A stretch of DNA of 64,000 nucleotides, taken from an uncultured delta proteobacterium. GTDB lineage: Bacteria > Desulfobacterota > Binatia > Binatales > Binataceae. Numbering within the stretch: the stretch's first letter is position 1; every line of letters starts with the position of its first letter. Under the pieces are notes generated by a model. That model made no database searches. It was given only the letters and a program-made list of their open reading frames with translations, and had not been told where the DNA came from. The stretch lies in assembly GCA_963765675.1 (NCBI GenBank), contig CAVXXK010000005.1, forward strand, positions 4,957-68,956. The letters are read 5' to 3'. The position numbers and the translations under genes are program-made. Of the stretch, positions 1 through 9,900 are shown piece after piece.

Positions 1-394
1 CCAGGGCTTGCTCGAACGTAACATCACCGAGATACGCACAATGCCGCAGCATCTTATACTGCGAGTATGCCCGGTCGACCGGGTTGCGCAGTGTAACGAT
101 TATTTTGCAATGAGGAAGATCGCGAGCGATCCGATCTAGTACGTCTTGACGGTGAAAATAAGTAGGACAAAACTCACCGATTCGCCGACCGGCCGGGCAG
201 TTGCGAAAATAGCCAGCATACCAAGTCAGCGATCGATCGTAGTACAAATCGAAGAATCGGCTTTCTTTGCTTAGAGGAAGGCCGACCTGATTCTTTAGTT
301 GTTCGTGCAGCCAGGTTGTCGCCGTTCGAATTGGACCTACTCCGATGAAATCAGGAAGTCGCGGCAAGCCGCTTTCATTCGGTATCGAATCCAT
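1..394 (-). CDS. sulfotransferase family protein (N-terminal 131 codons; gene runs off left edge)
   Basis: Own minus-strand translation from ATG at 394..392: MDSIPNESGLPRLPDFIGVGPIRTATTWLHEQLKN...CKIIVTLRNPVDRAYSQYKMLRH. GVGPIRTATTW resembles the PAPS 5'-phosphosulfate loop (PKxGTTW). RNPVDRAYSxY resembles the 3'-phosphate-binding motif. It is not in the ORF track because no stop codon lies inside the window. Confidence 0.7.
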   Translation of the reverse strand, partial: MDSIPNESGLPRLPDFIGVGPIRTATTWLHEQLKNQVGLPLSKESRFFDLYYDRSLTWYAGYFRNCPAGRRIGEFCPTYFHRQDVLDRIARDLPHCKIIVTLRNPVDRAYSQYKMLRHCAYLGDVTFEQAL

Positions 395-453
395 ATGCGG
401 GCGATCGAGGAGCGAAAAGTGAGACCAGACAGTAACTCCTGCCTGACAGCATT

Positions 454-1314
454 TCAGATGGACGCTGGCGATCCTTCGCTATCGTTCCGAAAGTACATTC
501 CGGAATAGGCCTTGACGGTGCGTTCGGGGTGAAACGGGATGATGCAGGAAAATTCCGGTGTTTCCCAGCTGTCGATTAAAGAATATCCAAGTTCTTCGAA
601 AGCTCTAATGAAAGCGGTCCGGCCGTATATTTGGTACACACAAATAGCCGGACCCAAATTGTGCAGCGTCGCAAAAGAACGGCCCTCGCATAACGGAGTT
701 CGATTGATCAGAAGGTGTCGGGGTTTCGAAGGCATTTTTGATAGCGAGCGCCACAACGGAACCTCCAGAAACTGAAGCGAGCCCGACGCAAAAAGAACGT
801 CCGCGCCTGAACCGTCTTGAATCTCGGTCGTAAAACACAACCCATGCGTCTTCATCTGCTCCGCCAGTTTGCGTCCGTAAATCGCGGTCGCAGGAACTTC
901 ACAGACGCGCCAAACCATCCCAGCCGGGTATTCGAGGTATTTGTGAAATGAGTAGAAAGAAATACCGACATTGCCTCCGAAGTCGAACACTGTTGAATTT
1001 TCTTTGAGAAGTGGGGAAAGCCAATAGAGAATTGGATAGTCACTAGGCCAAAGCTGATCTATTTCGGAAGTGTGGCGGTTGGCCACCTCCGGATGGTCGT
1101 GTCCAACTCTGGAACCAACCGGAATGGCGTTTCGCGCCGTCTCAAAGCTGTCATATACTCCGGCAAACATTCGTGCCTTCGGACACTCATGACCAAAATG
1201 CTGTTCGTACTCAAATCGATGCCACGCGCGTAGGGGAGGTAGCCTTTCTTCAAGGGCGTTGACCAACGAACGAACCGCGCGCGACTGGAGAAGCGAACTT
1301 GCTAACTTTGCCAT
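454..1314 (-). CDS. SAM-dependent methyltransferase (TIGR04325 / LIC12133-like family, from memory)
   Basis: 286-aa ORF with the glycine-rich SAM motif VFDFGGNVG and class I methyltransferase spacing (VWRVCEVP ... DVLFASGSLQFLE). The start lies 5 nt after the stop of the TE fragment, which suggests operon coupling. Confidence 0.65.
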   Translation of the reverse strand: MAKLASSLLQSRAVRSLVNALEERLPPLRAWHRFEYEQHFGHECPKARMFAGVYDSFETARNAIPVGSRVGHDHPEVANRHTSEIDQLWPSDYPILYWLSPLLKENSTVFDFGGNVGISFYSFHKYLEYPAGMVWRVCEVPATAIYGRKLAEQMKTHGLCFTTEIQDGSGADVLFASGSLQFLEVPLWRSLSKMPSKPRHLLINRTPLCEGRSFATLHNLGPAICVYQIYGRTAFIRAFEELGYSLIDSWETPEFSCIIPFHPERTVKAYSGMYFRNDSEGSPASI

Positions 1315-1319
1315 TGCTA

Positions 1320-1814
1320 TTATCGATGTGACTGCGCAAGCCGCCGCATCGGACCGCCGGACTTACCCAGATTGTCTGTCTGTCCAGCTTGAAGACCGAA
1401 ATGTTGGACCGAGCCGAGCGCCGCCGGAAGCTCGGATCGAGAAGGAAGTTGGCCAACCATGCAAAACTCCAGCTTTTGCGCAAGGGCTTGGGCATTGGGA
1501 CCGGAGGTCATGTCGTCGTGATCGCCGGGTACCTCGTGCACCTCGACGCCTCCCGAGGCGAGTCCGCCCCAGCCTAACTGATAGTCCTTTATGCTTACCT
1601 GGGAATCCGGACGCGTGCGCAAAAGAGTCAAGTGTCCCGGATATAACTGAGGCGTATAGTGAGCGGCAGCGAAGGCGTTGATGTCATGCATAGTTCCAAT
1701 ATGTTGCGGAACGGTCCGTCCCAACGCACGGTAGACTTCATAAATGATTTTAGTGACCCGCTTCTTCACGGCCGTGCGCGCATACTGCCATCGCCCCGGG
1801 CCGCGCAGCACCAT
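1320..1814 (-). CDS. C-terminal half of the NRPS thioesterase domain, out of frame with 1750..6918 (frame change near 1830-1845)
   Basis: The 164-aa ORF contains the TE catalytic-His region (VHEVPGDHDDM). The nucleophile motif GYSFGG lies in the other frame, at the end of the 1722-aa ORF. The two ORFs overlap by 65 nt. Confidence 0.75.
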   Translation of the reverse strand: MVLRGPGRWQYARTAVKKRVTKIIYEVYRALGRTVPQHIGTMHDINAFAAAHYTPQLYPGHLTLLRTRPDSQVSIKDYQLGWGGLASGGVEVHEVPGDHDDMTSGPNAQALAQKLEFCMVGQLPSRSELPAALGSVQHFGLQAGQTDNLGKSGGPMRRLAQSHR

Positions 1815-4800
1815 GCCGATCCGCGACCGGTAGCGATCCGATCTTCGCCCTCGCGTCCATCGATTTGAGTGACTGCCAGTGGTAGTGCCATTCGGGAGAA
1901 TCTAGCAGGGCCAAAAGACCAATAGTGTCTCCTTGCTGTATTAATTGGCGCCCCATTTCAAAAGTAACGAGGCCGCCGAACGAATACCCGGCTAGATAGT
2001 AAGGACCTGACGGCTGCTTTGTCTTGATTTCGCGAATATAGTGCGCCGCCATATCTTCCAGACGAGTCAGATATGGTTGCGACCCGTCCAGACCCGGTGG
2101 CTGCAAGGCAAACAAGGGACGGTCCGGGTGAAGGTAGCGCGTCAAGTCATTAAAGCGAATTACGTTTCCGCCAAGGCCGGAGATTATGTATAGCGGCGGG
2201 AGCGAACCACTGTGCCGGATTGCTACCAGTGACGACGACGGCGGCCTCCATCCATCCTGGCGCAAGATTTCAGCGAGCCCCTGGATGCTCGGTGTATCAA
2301 GCAGTGTGGATAGGGGCAACTTGGTCCCCCAACGCTGATTGATCCTCGAGAACAGCCGCATAGCAAGTAGCGAATGACCGCCGAGATGAAAGAAGTTGTC
2401 AGTAACCCTGATTTGTCGGACCCCGAGAACCTCCTCCCAGATTTCGATCAGCTCCGCTTCGAGCGAATCGCGATGTGCCTTGGGCAGGTGAGTGCGCTCG
2501 CTGTCGATTGCATCTTCTGTAGCCAATGCAGATCGACTTACGTGGCCATCCACATCTATCGGCAGCGAGTCTACGAATCGGAACTGAGAGACTTGAGGAC
2601 CATCTGGAAAAGATTCGGCTACTCGTTTCTTCAATCGCACCTCTAGTTCGCTTAAGGGCTTCGAAAAGGCAATCCGGGCATCAACCACTGCGTAGACTTC
2701 AACCTGCTGGCATTCCGAGGCCCGCCCACATGGCACCGCTAGGACTTCCGACAGCGACGGTTCGAGCATCAGGGCCGCTTCCAACTCGCCCACGTGGGTC
2801 CGGAAGCCGCCAATATTGACGTGTCGGCTGGACGGACCTAAAACGTCGATTTTGCCGTCGGACAAATAACGCCCCAGTTCGCCCGTCCTGAACCACGTTC
2901 CATTGAGCGCTTTGGAAAATCGAAAACTCGCCGCAGTAGATTTCTCGTCGCCCAGGTAGCCGCTCGCGAGTTCCGGCCCTGCGATACATATCATCGCCGG
3001 CACGCCCGCGGGCACCGGCTGCATATTCTCGTCGAGCAATCGAATCGCGAACCCTGGCGATGGAACGCCCAGAGTCAGGGCCTGATCTTCAACTCTGCCC
3101 TCGCTCCGCGCTTCAAAGATCGCCGCATGGTGCGACACTTCAACGCCTCCGTACGACACGAGCAGACGAATCTGTCCTCGCGCGACGCGTTGAAATGCAG
3201 CCACCGCGAGTTTCGACGGTCTGTCACCATAAAGGACAATCTTCTGAACGCATTGCGGAAAATCACGTCTCTCTTTCCCACCGCGCAATATCATGCGCTG
3301 CCAGAATCGAGTCGGCAGGATCAGCACACTGCATCGATGTCCTTCAACGAACTGCCGATAACGCGCGTCTGACTCCAATACGGTCGAAGGTACAAAAACG
3401 ATCGTGGCGCCAGCAATCAGCGATGAGAACACAAGCTCAACAGCAGGCGTCGAGTTAATCAATGCGATTCGATCCTCTGCGCGCAAACCGTAGGTCTCGA
3501 CGCCCGTCCATGCGCGGACATCAAACGCGCGCTGGCTGACTTGTGCTAGCTTTGAGTCGCTCGACGTCGACGATACCAACTGAATGATCGCCGTACGCGC
3601 GCCGTCCTCTTTGGACGACGTTCTCAGTGCGGCACACTCCGCGTTCACGTGCGTTTCATCGACACACACCACTTGCAGCCCGCGTCGGCGAAAAAGTTTT
3701 CGCCACCTTCTGCAAGTGATGACCGCCTTGATGCCATGCTCGTTCAACGCGCCCACACCGGCATTTTTCGAATCATCCGCGGGCAACAGCATAAACGCGG
3801 CACCGGCCTTGCCGGCCGCCAGCATGCCAATCACTAGATCTGGCAAATAGTCACTACAAATCGCGATTGTTCGGCTCGGAGCCAAATCCACTTTAACTAG
3901 CCGGCTCGCGAGTTGACTCGCACGATGATCAAGTTGCCCGTAGGTTAAAGTCTCATTGCCGGATATTATCGCTACTGCTTCAGACTTTTGACGAGCGAAC
4001 GATTCAATCCGACTGAGCGCCGGCTCGTGCTTCGCCGTTGCGGCGCCGAGACCGGCGCGGGAAATCATCTCGGACTCGTCAGTAGTCAGAATCGGAATTT
4101 GATTGATCCGCTGCTCCGGGTCGCAGAGAACGCAGTCTATGATCTGTTGAAAATGGCCGAGCATTCTCCGAGCCGTGCTCGCGTCAAACAAATCGGGCTT
4201 ATATTCCAATCGCGCAACGATCTCTCCGTCGCGCTCAAACGTTGCTAAATGGAGATCGAATTCGGTTCCAGAGCAATGCCACGTGATCGGAGTCCAACGA
4301 CACTCCTGAGTCTGTATGGTCTGCAAAAAGGCGACCTGATGAAAGAAATAGAATTGGAACAACGGATTGCGGCCTTGTATCTGCTCGACCTGTAGCTCGT
4401 CGACCAGATAGCGAAACGGTAAGTCCTTATGAGCCAACGCTTCTAGAGTCACCTCTCTGATGCGATGCACCAACTCGCTGAAAGAAGGATTTCCGTGAAG
4501 GCTGGTCCGCAGGCTTATCGGATACGCGAAGGATCCAACGATGCTCTCGGCGTCATCTGTCCGGCCCGACACGGGCGAACCTACTAAAATATCTTCCTGT
4601 CCGGTATAGCGTTTCAGCATCAACTTGAAGATCGCCAAGAAGAGCATGAAGGTCGTGATCTCCTCGCGTTTACAGAAGTCCTTCACAGCAACGACAGAAG
4701 CTCCGGCTATGTGGACGGTTTCGGTCGCACCTCGGGATACGAGTGCTGGCCGAAGCGGTCGGTCGCCCGGCAGATCGAGCAATGGTAGCCGGCCTTGAAG

Positions 4801-6918
4801 CTGCTTTTTCCAGTAGCTGAGGTACGGTTCAAAGTCGGCATTTTTGAGCCACTCGCTCTGCCAGTGCGAAAAGTCCGCGTACTGGAGAACGGAATCAGAA
4901 AGCGGCGAAGCCAAACCCTGTGAGTATGCGTCGTAGAGCGTGGTCAATTCGCGAACCACGATTCCGCTGGTCCATCCGTCGCAAACTATATGGGGCATCG
5001 TGAGCATCAAGATGTGCTCGCGCTCCTCCAGCTGGATAAGTCCCGCGCGAAAAATTGGACCTTGCGCGAGATTAAATGGCCGAACTGCCTCCTCACGAAT
5101 CAATTCTTGCGCCCTAGATTCTCGCTCGGTCTCGGAGGCGATTCGGAGATCCACCACTTCTAAGCTCGCGTCGTAGGGCGGGTGAATCACTTGCATCGGT
5201 TCGTCGTTCAACACGGAAAAAGTGGTCCGCAGCATCTCGTGACGCTTCACCAGATCCGTAAGACATCGGCGAAGCACAGTCGGGTCCAAGGTACCACTGA
5301 CCCTGAGCACTGCCGGCATATTGAGCATCGGATTACCCGGCATCAACTGCTCGAAAAGCCAAAAGCGCTGCTGGTTGATAGTGATCGGAAGGGCGTAGCT
5401 ATCAGACGCGGGCGACTCCGTCCCATCAGAGGCGTTGAGTGCTGTGCCACAAGAAGAGGCGTCTAACGAGTCGGACGTTCCGCGATTCGGAGCTAACAGA
5501 CCATCTAGAATTGCGCTCGTTCGCGTCGCCGGGAGATCAGTAGCTGTTTCCGACTTCGCTGGAACCAGCGCCAGCTGAAGTTCTGAGATCCGCTGATCTG
5601 GATTTCCTGCGACGCGCTCGAGCGTACCGCGATAGTTATCGAGCAATCCGCCGATAGTGCTAGGTTCGAATAGATCAGTATTGTATTCGCACGAGAGACG
5701 CCACCCCTCTGTGCGCATCACCAGGAAAATATTCAGTTCGTAGGGCGCGCCCTGCGATTTCGAGGGTATTGTGGTCAGCGTGATCCCTGAAAACTCCAGC
5801 GGTATGACCGCGTCGCGCTCGCAAATGAAGTTCAGCGGACAAAGGCCATGATGGCTCGGATAAACTTGAGGCTGAACCTCGGCAAGCAATTGTTCAAAGC
5901 GAAGGTTCTGGTTCACAAGCGATTCGGTTGCAGTCTTTTGTACGCGGCGCAGCAATTCGCAAAAGCTTGGATCGCCGGAAACATCGAACCGGAGAATCAC
6001 CGTGTTGATAAATAATCCGACCAGCGGCTCGAGGTCCAGGCTATCGCGTCCCGCTACTTGCGTGGACACTCCGAAGCTTGTTTGCCGCGTGTAGTGAAAC
6101 ACGAGGATGGCGAGGGCGGCCGCTGTAATCTGGAAAAACGTGGCACCTTCTTGATTAGCTATATGACCAAGGGAGTCACTGAGTTCCATTGGAAGCAGCG
6201 TCGATACGATCGCGGAATTGTAGGTTGGACGTTCAGATCTTGGACGGTCCGTAGGAAAGGTCGCAACGGGAAGTTGTGTTAGCTGTGTTCTCCAGTAAGA
6301 AAGATCATTTTTTACTTGTGCATCCTGCAAATGGTTGTGTTGCCAGATTGCATAGTCACCGTACTGAATCGTAAGTGGAGCAAGGTGCGGCTCCAGACGG
6401 TGGGAATATGCCGTGTAGAATTCTGCAAGTTCCTTTGCGATGACGCCGATCGACCAGTAGTCAGCAATCGAGTGATGAATCGTGAGAGTCATCACATAGT
6501 CGCAATCGCCGGCCTGCAGAAGACGGGCCCGCAGCAGAGGTCCGGCAGCCAAATCGAAGTGCTGATGTGCTGCCTCGAGGCAACGGCGGTCAACCGTGTC
6601 GGCGCGCTGAGCTTCAGGGAGGTGTCGGAGGTCTTCCATGGATAGCGTCACCGCCATCGAAGGAGCGATGATCTGAGATACGCGCCCATCGACGGTCGCG
6701 AGATTGGTTCGCAGGACCTCGTGGCGCTGGACGATTCCTTGTAGAGAGCGCTCGAGTATGGCCGGATCGAGCGGTCCCCGAAGTGCAAACCGCACAGCGA
6801 GATTCCATGCCGGATTGCCCGGACTTAGGCGGTCCAATGCCCAGAAACGTTCCTGTGCGAGCGATGCGGGCAGGACGTAGGTATCTCCGTGATCGAGATT
6901 CGTCGCATCACTGCTCAT
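1750..6918 (-). CDS. non-ribosomal peptide synthetase, C-C-A(degenerate)-T-TE(N-terminal half)
   Basis: 1722 aa. C1 is aa 13-445 (HHSIADYWS; nt ~5584-6882). C2 is aa 507-945 (PHIVCDGWTSG; nt ~4084-5400). The A-like domain is aa ~965-1465 (nt ~2524-4026) and has degenerate core motifs. T is aa ~1483-1552 (FFHLGGHSL). TE starts at aa ~1563 (GYSFGG). Confidence 0.93.
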   Translation of the reverse strand: MSSDATNLDHGDTYVLPASLAQERFWALDRLSPGNPAWNLAVRFALRGPLDPAILERSLQGIVQRHEVLRTNLATVDGRVSQIIAPSMAVTLSMEDLRHLPEAQRADTVDRRCLEAAHQHFDLAAGPLLRARLLQAGDCDYVMTLTIHHSIADYWSIGVIAKELAEFYTAYSHRLEPHLAPLTIQYGDYAIWQHNHLQDAQVKNDLSYWRTQLTQLPVATFPTDRPRSERPTYNSAIVSTLLPMELSDSLGHIANQEGATFFQITAAALAILVFHYTRQTSFGVSTQVAGRDSLDLEPLVGLFINTVILRFDVSGDPSFCELLRRVQKTATESLVNQNLRFEQLLAEVQPQVYPSHHGLCPLNFICERDAVIPLEFSGITLTTIPSKSQGAPYELNIFLVMRTEGWRLSCEYNTDLFEPSTIGGLLDNYRGTLERVAGNPDQRISELQLALVPAKSETATDLPATRTSAILDGLLAPNRGTSDSLDASSCGTALNASDGTESPASDSYALPITINQQRFWLFEQLMPGNPMLNMPAVLRVSGTLDPTVLRRCLTDLVKRHEMLRTTFSVLNDEPMQVIHPPYDASLEVVDLRIASETERESRAQELIREEAVRPFNLAQGPIFRAGLIQLEEREHILMLTMPHIVCDGWTSGIVVRELTTLYDAYSQGLASPLSDSVLQYADFSHWQSEWLKNADFEPYLSYWKKQLQGRLPLLDLPGDRPLRPALVSRGATETVHIAGASVVAVKDFCKREEITTFMLFLAIFKLMLKRYTGQEDILVGSPVSGRTDDAESIVGSFAYPISLRTSLHGNPSFSELVHRIREVTLEALAHKDLPFRYLVDELQVEQIQGRNPLFQFYFFHQVAFLQTIQTQECRWTPITWHCSGTEFDLHLATFERDGEIVARLEYKPDLFDASTARRMLGHFQQIIDCVLCDPEQRINQIPILTTDESEMISRAGLGAATAKHEPALSRIESFARQKSEAVAIISGNETLTYGQLDHRASQLASRLVKVDLAPSRTIAICSDYLPDLVIGMLAAGKAGAAFMLLPADDSKNAGVGALNEHGIKAVITCRRWRKLFRRRGLQVVCVDETHVNAECAALRTSSKEDGARTAIIQLVSSTSSDSKLAQVSQRAFDVRAWTGVETYGLRAEDRIALINSTPAVELVFSSLIAGATIVFVPSTVLESDARYRQFVEGHRCSVLILPTRFWQRMILRGGKERRDFPQCVQKIVLYGDRPSKLAVAAFQRVARGQIRLLVSYGGVEVSHHAAIFEARSEGRVEDQALTLGVPSPGFAIRLLDENMQPVPAGVPAMICIAGPELASGYLGDEKSTAASFRFSKALNGTWFRTGELGRYLSDGKIDVLGPSSRHVNIGGFRTHVGELEAALMLEPSLSEVLAVPCGRASECQQVEVYAVVDARIAFSKPLSELEVRLKKRVAESFPDGPQVSQFRFVDSLPIDVDGHVSRSALATEDAIDSERTHLPKAHRDSLEAELIEIWEEVLGVRQIRVTDNFFHLGGHSLLAMRLFSRINQRWGTKLPLSTLLDTPSIQGLAEILRQDGWRPPSSSLVAIRHSGSLPPLYIISGLGGNVIRFNDLTRYLHPDRPLFALQPPGLDGSQPYLTRLEDMAAHYIREIKTKQPSGPYYLAGYSFGGLVTFEMGRQLIQQGDTIGLLALLDSPEWHYHWQSLKSMDARAKIGSLPVADRHGAARPGAMAVCAHGREEAGH

Positions 6919-6946
6919 AAACGAACCTCATACTGGATTGTTAGGC

Positions 6947-9900
6947 TCATGAGGAGCCAACCTTCTGATCCGGTACTATCGTTTGGCTTAACCTATACTT
7001 TGCGCGAGAAACTGGAACGATGGCTGGCATCGGGATGGTAGTCCCGTTTTGATTTTCGTTTTCGGCGTGCGCAAGCAACCCTTCGATCGTCCTGTACTTA
7101 AAAAACAACGGCGCAGCTACGCGCATGCCTGCCCTGGTTGCACGCGCTGCGATTTGAAAGATGTGCAGAGAGTCTGCGCCCAATTCGAATAGATCGTCCC
7201 GGATTCCGACCCTCTCCAAGTGAAGAATCTCGGCCCAGATCTCTGCCAGCGTTCTCTCAGAGGCGGTCCGTGGACCGACAAACTCATGACTGCGCGAGAA
7301 TTGAACCGTGGCCGGAGCTGGGAGCGCACACCGGTCGAGTTTTCCGTTCGGCGTAAGTGGCATCGAGTCCAGACGCACCACTGCGGATGGCAGCATATAG
7401 TCGGGCAGCTTCCCGATCAGAAATTCGCGGACTGCTGTAACGGTCAGCGCCTGCTGATTGGAGACCACATAGGCAACCAGTCTCCGGTCGCCAGGGGTGT
7501 CCTCACGAAGAATTACCGCGGCACCGGTCACTCCCGGATGCTTAGCCAGCGCCGATTCAATCTCTCCGAGTTCGATGCGGAAACCGCGCAGCTTCACCTG
7601 ATTGTCGAACCTGCCCACAAACTCAAGAGTACCGTCGGTCAGCCGCCGAACCCGGTCACCCGTCCGATACAGGCGCTCATTTCCGTCGACCCGGAATGGA
7701 TCTCGGATAAACTTCTCCGAGGTCAGCGCCTGCTGGTGAAGATATCCGCGCGCGACGCCGGCACCGCCGATATACAATTCGCCATCACATCCTATCGGAG
7801 CGAGCTGCCCAGCTTGGTCGAGCACATAGAACTGCGTATTATCGATCGGGAATCCAATTGGCACAGGACCCGGTCCAGGTTCAACTCGGATCGCGGACGA
7901 CCAAATCGTAGTTTCGGTCGGACCGTACATATTCCAAACGGAACTCGTCCGCTCCAACAACTGGGTTGCCAGCTCGCGGGATAGGGCCTCGCCGCCACAC
8001 AAAACCTTAAGCGTAGAACGTTCCGCCCATCCTGCTTCGATCAGGAGTGCGAACGTAACTGGGGTTGCCTGGATTGCCGTTGCGCCGGACTGGCGCAGGC
8101 GAGCGAGGAGCTGACTGCCATCGGACGCCTCCGCACGACTCGCAATGACCATTTTCGCTCCGACCGTAAGGGGCAGGAATATTTCCAGCGCCGCGATGTC
8201 GAACGAGAGCGTAGTGACCGCGAGCAACGTATCGTGGCAGCCGAGACCGGGGGTCTTGCTCATCGAGTGTAAGAGATTGACGACCGCACGGTGCGGAATC
8301 TCGACGCCCTTGGGTTTACCCGTCGAGCCCGAGGTATATATGACATACGCAAGGTCTTCGGAACTGACCGTGGGCCTCGGATCGTTTTCGCTGTCTTCTC
8401 GCGTAATCGCGCTCCAATGACTATCCAGGTAAAGAACCCGTCTGGAGCCCGGCGGCACGCTACGAGCCAGACTCTCCTGCGTCAATAATATCGGGACCTT
8501 CGCGTCTTCGAGCACGAAGGAGATGCGTTCTGCAGGATAGGTCGGGTCCATCGGTACATACGCGGCACCAGTTTTGAGGACGCCGAGCAAAGCCGTGACC
8601 ATGTCCAGCGACCGTTCGACAAATACCCCGACCAGCATTCCGACACCGACGCCGAGTTTCTGCAAATGCCGCGCTAGTTGATCGGCACGGTGATTCAGTT
8701 CGAAGTATGTTAATTGCCGGCCCTCGTACACCACCGCCACCGCGTCGGGAGTGCGCTGGGCCTGAGCCTCGAAAAGCTGATGGACGCAGCGTTCGGTCGG
8801 AAACTCGGCCTGAGTATCATTCCAACTGGCGATGATGCGCTGATGCTCGGCGGTCGATAGCAATGGCAGCGAGGAGATCCTCTGATTCGGATCAGCGCTC
8901 ATCGCTCCCAACAAAGTAGCGTAGTGCCCCAACCAACGCTCTATCGTTGCTTGGTCGAACAGGCCGGTATTGTAGTCGCAGTCGAGCATCAGGCCGTCGG
9001 CCGACTCAATGATGTTCAGAAATAGGTCCTGATTGACGAACGATTTGGCATTTGGCTCGATCGTCAGCTCGAGTCCGGAAAACTCGATGCCGGAACCCAT
9101 TCGCTCGAGGTTGAATTGAACCTCCGTCAGTGGCAACCGACTCGGATCGCGCTTGATCGGCAGCTTTCGAATCAAACGGCCATAAGTATAGTTCTGATGT
9201 TCGTACGCATCGAGGAGGGTACGTCTTACCTGAGCGAGATATTGCGCTGCTGAAAGACTATTCACGACCTCGCCGCGCAATGGCAGAAAATTGACACAAT
9301 GACCAACCAGGCTCTCGCCGTCGAGTGCCGCCTGTCCGGCAGCGGGAATTCCGATAACAATGTCTTCCTGCCCGCTGAGGCGGCTCAGTAGAATCTGAAA
9401 TGCGGCCAGTAACATGACAAATAGCGTGCATTTTTGCTGCGCGCCGGCCAGTTTGATATCTCGATAAGATTCCGCCGGAATCCGCAGACGACAGGTAGCT
9501 CCCTCATAGGATCTGGTGGCGGGTCGTGGCCGATCCAGAGGCAACTCGAGAAAAGCCGGAAGCGTGCTGAACTGCTCCTGCCAATAGGTCTCTAGAGCGG
9601 AAAGGTTGGAGCTCTGGAAGTGCTTCGCTTGCGACTCCGCGTATGCGCCGAAAGTCATCGGCTCTGGAAGCTCGTATGAGCGTCCCGCGCACGCCGCATT
9701 GTAGAGTCGGCGAACTTCGTCAAGAATTATATTTGTCGACCATCCGTCACACACGATATGATGCGCGGTGAATATAAAACGATACTCGCCGGGTCTGACT
9801 ACTATGAGATTTGCGCGGACCAGCGGACCGCGTTCGAGATCGAAGGGCGATCTTGCATCATCGGCAATGAATTGTGCCAGCCGCTTTTCGCGTGATTGAC

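Noticed and set aside
7220-7984. 254-aa plus-strand ORF, plus many other 60-160-aa plus-strand ORFs between 2374 and 17340.
   Set aside because: They lie antisense inside the NRPS/PKS genes, whose minus-strand frames carry unambiguous catalytic motifs. The antisense products are Arg/Gly/Ser-rich with no motifs, as expected for shadow ORFs in GC-rich DNA.
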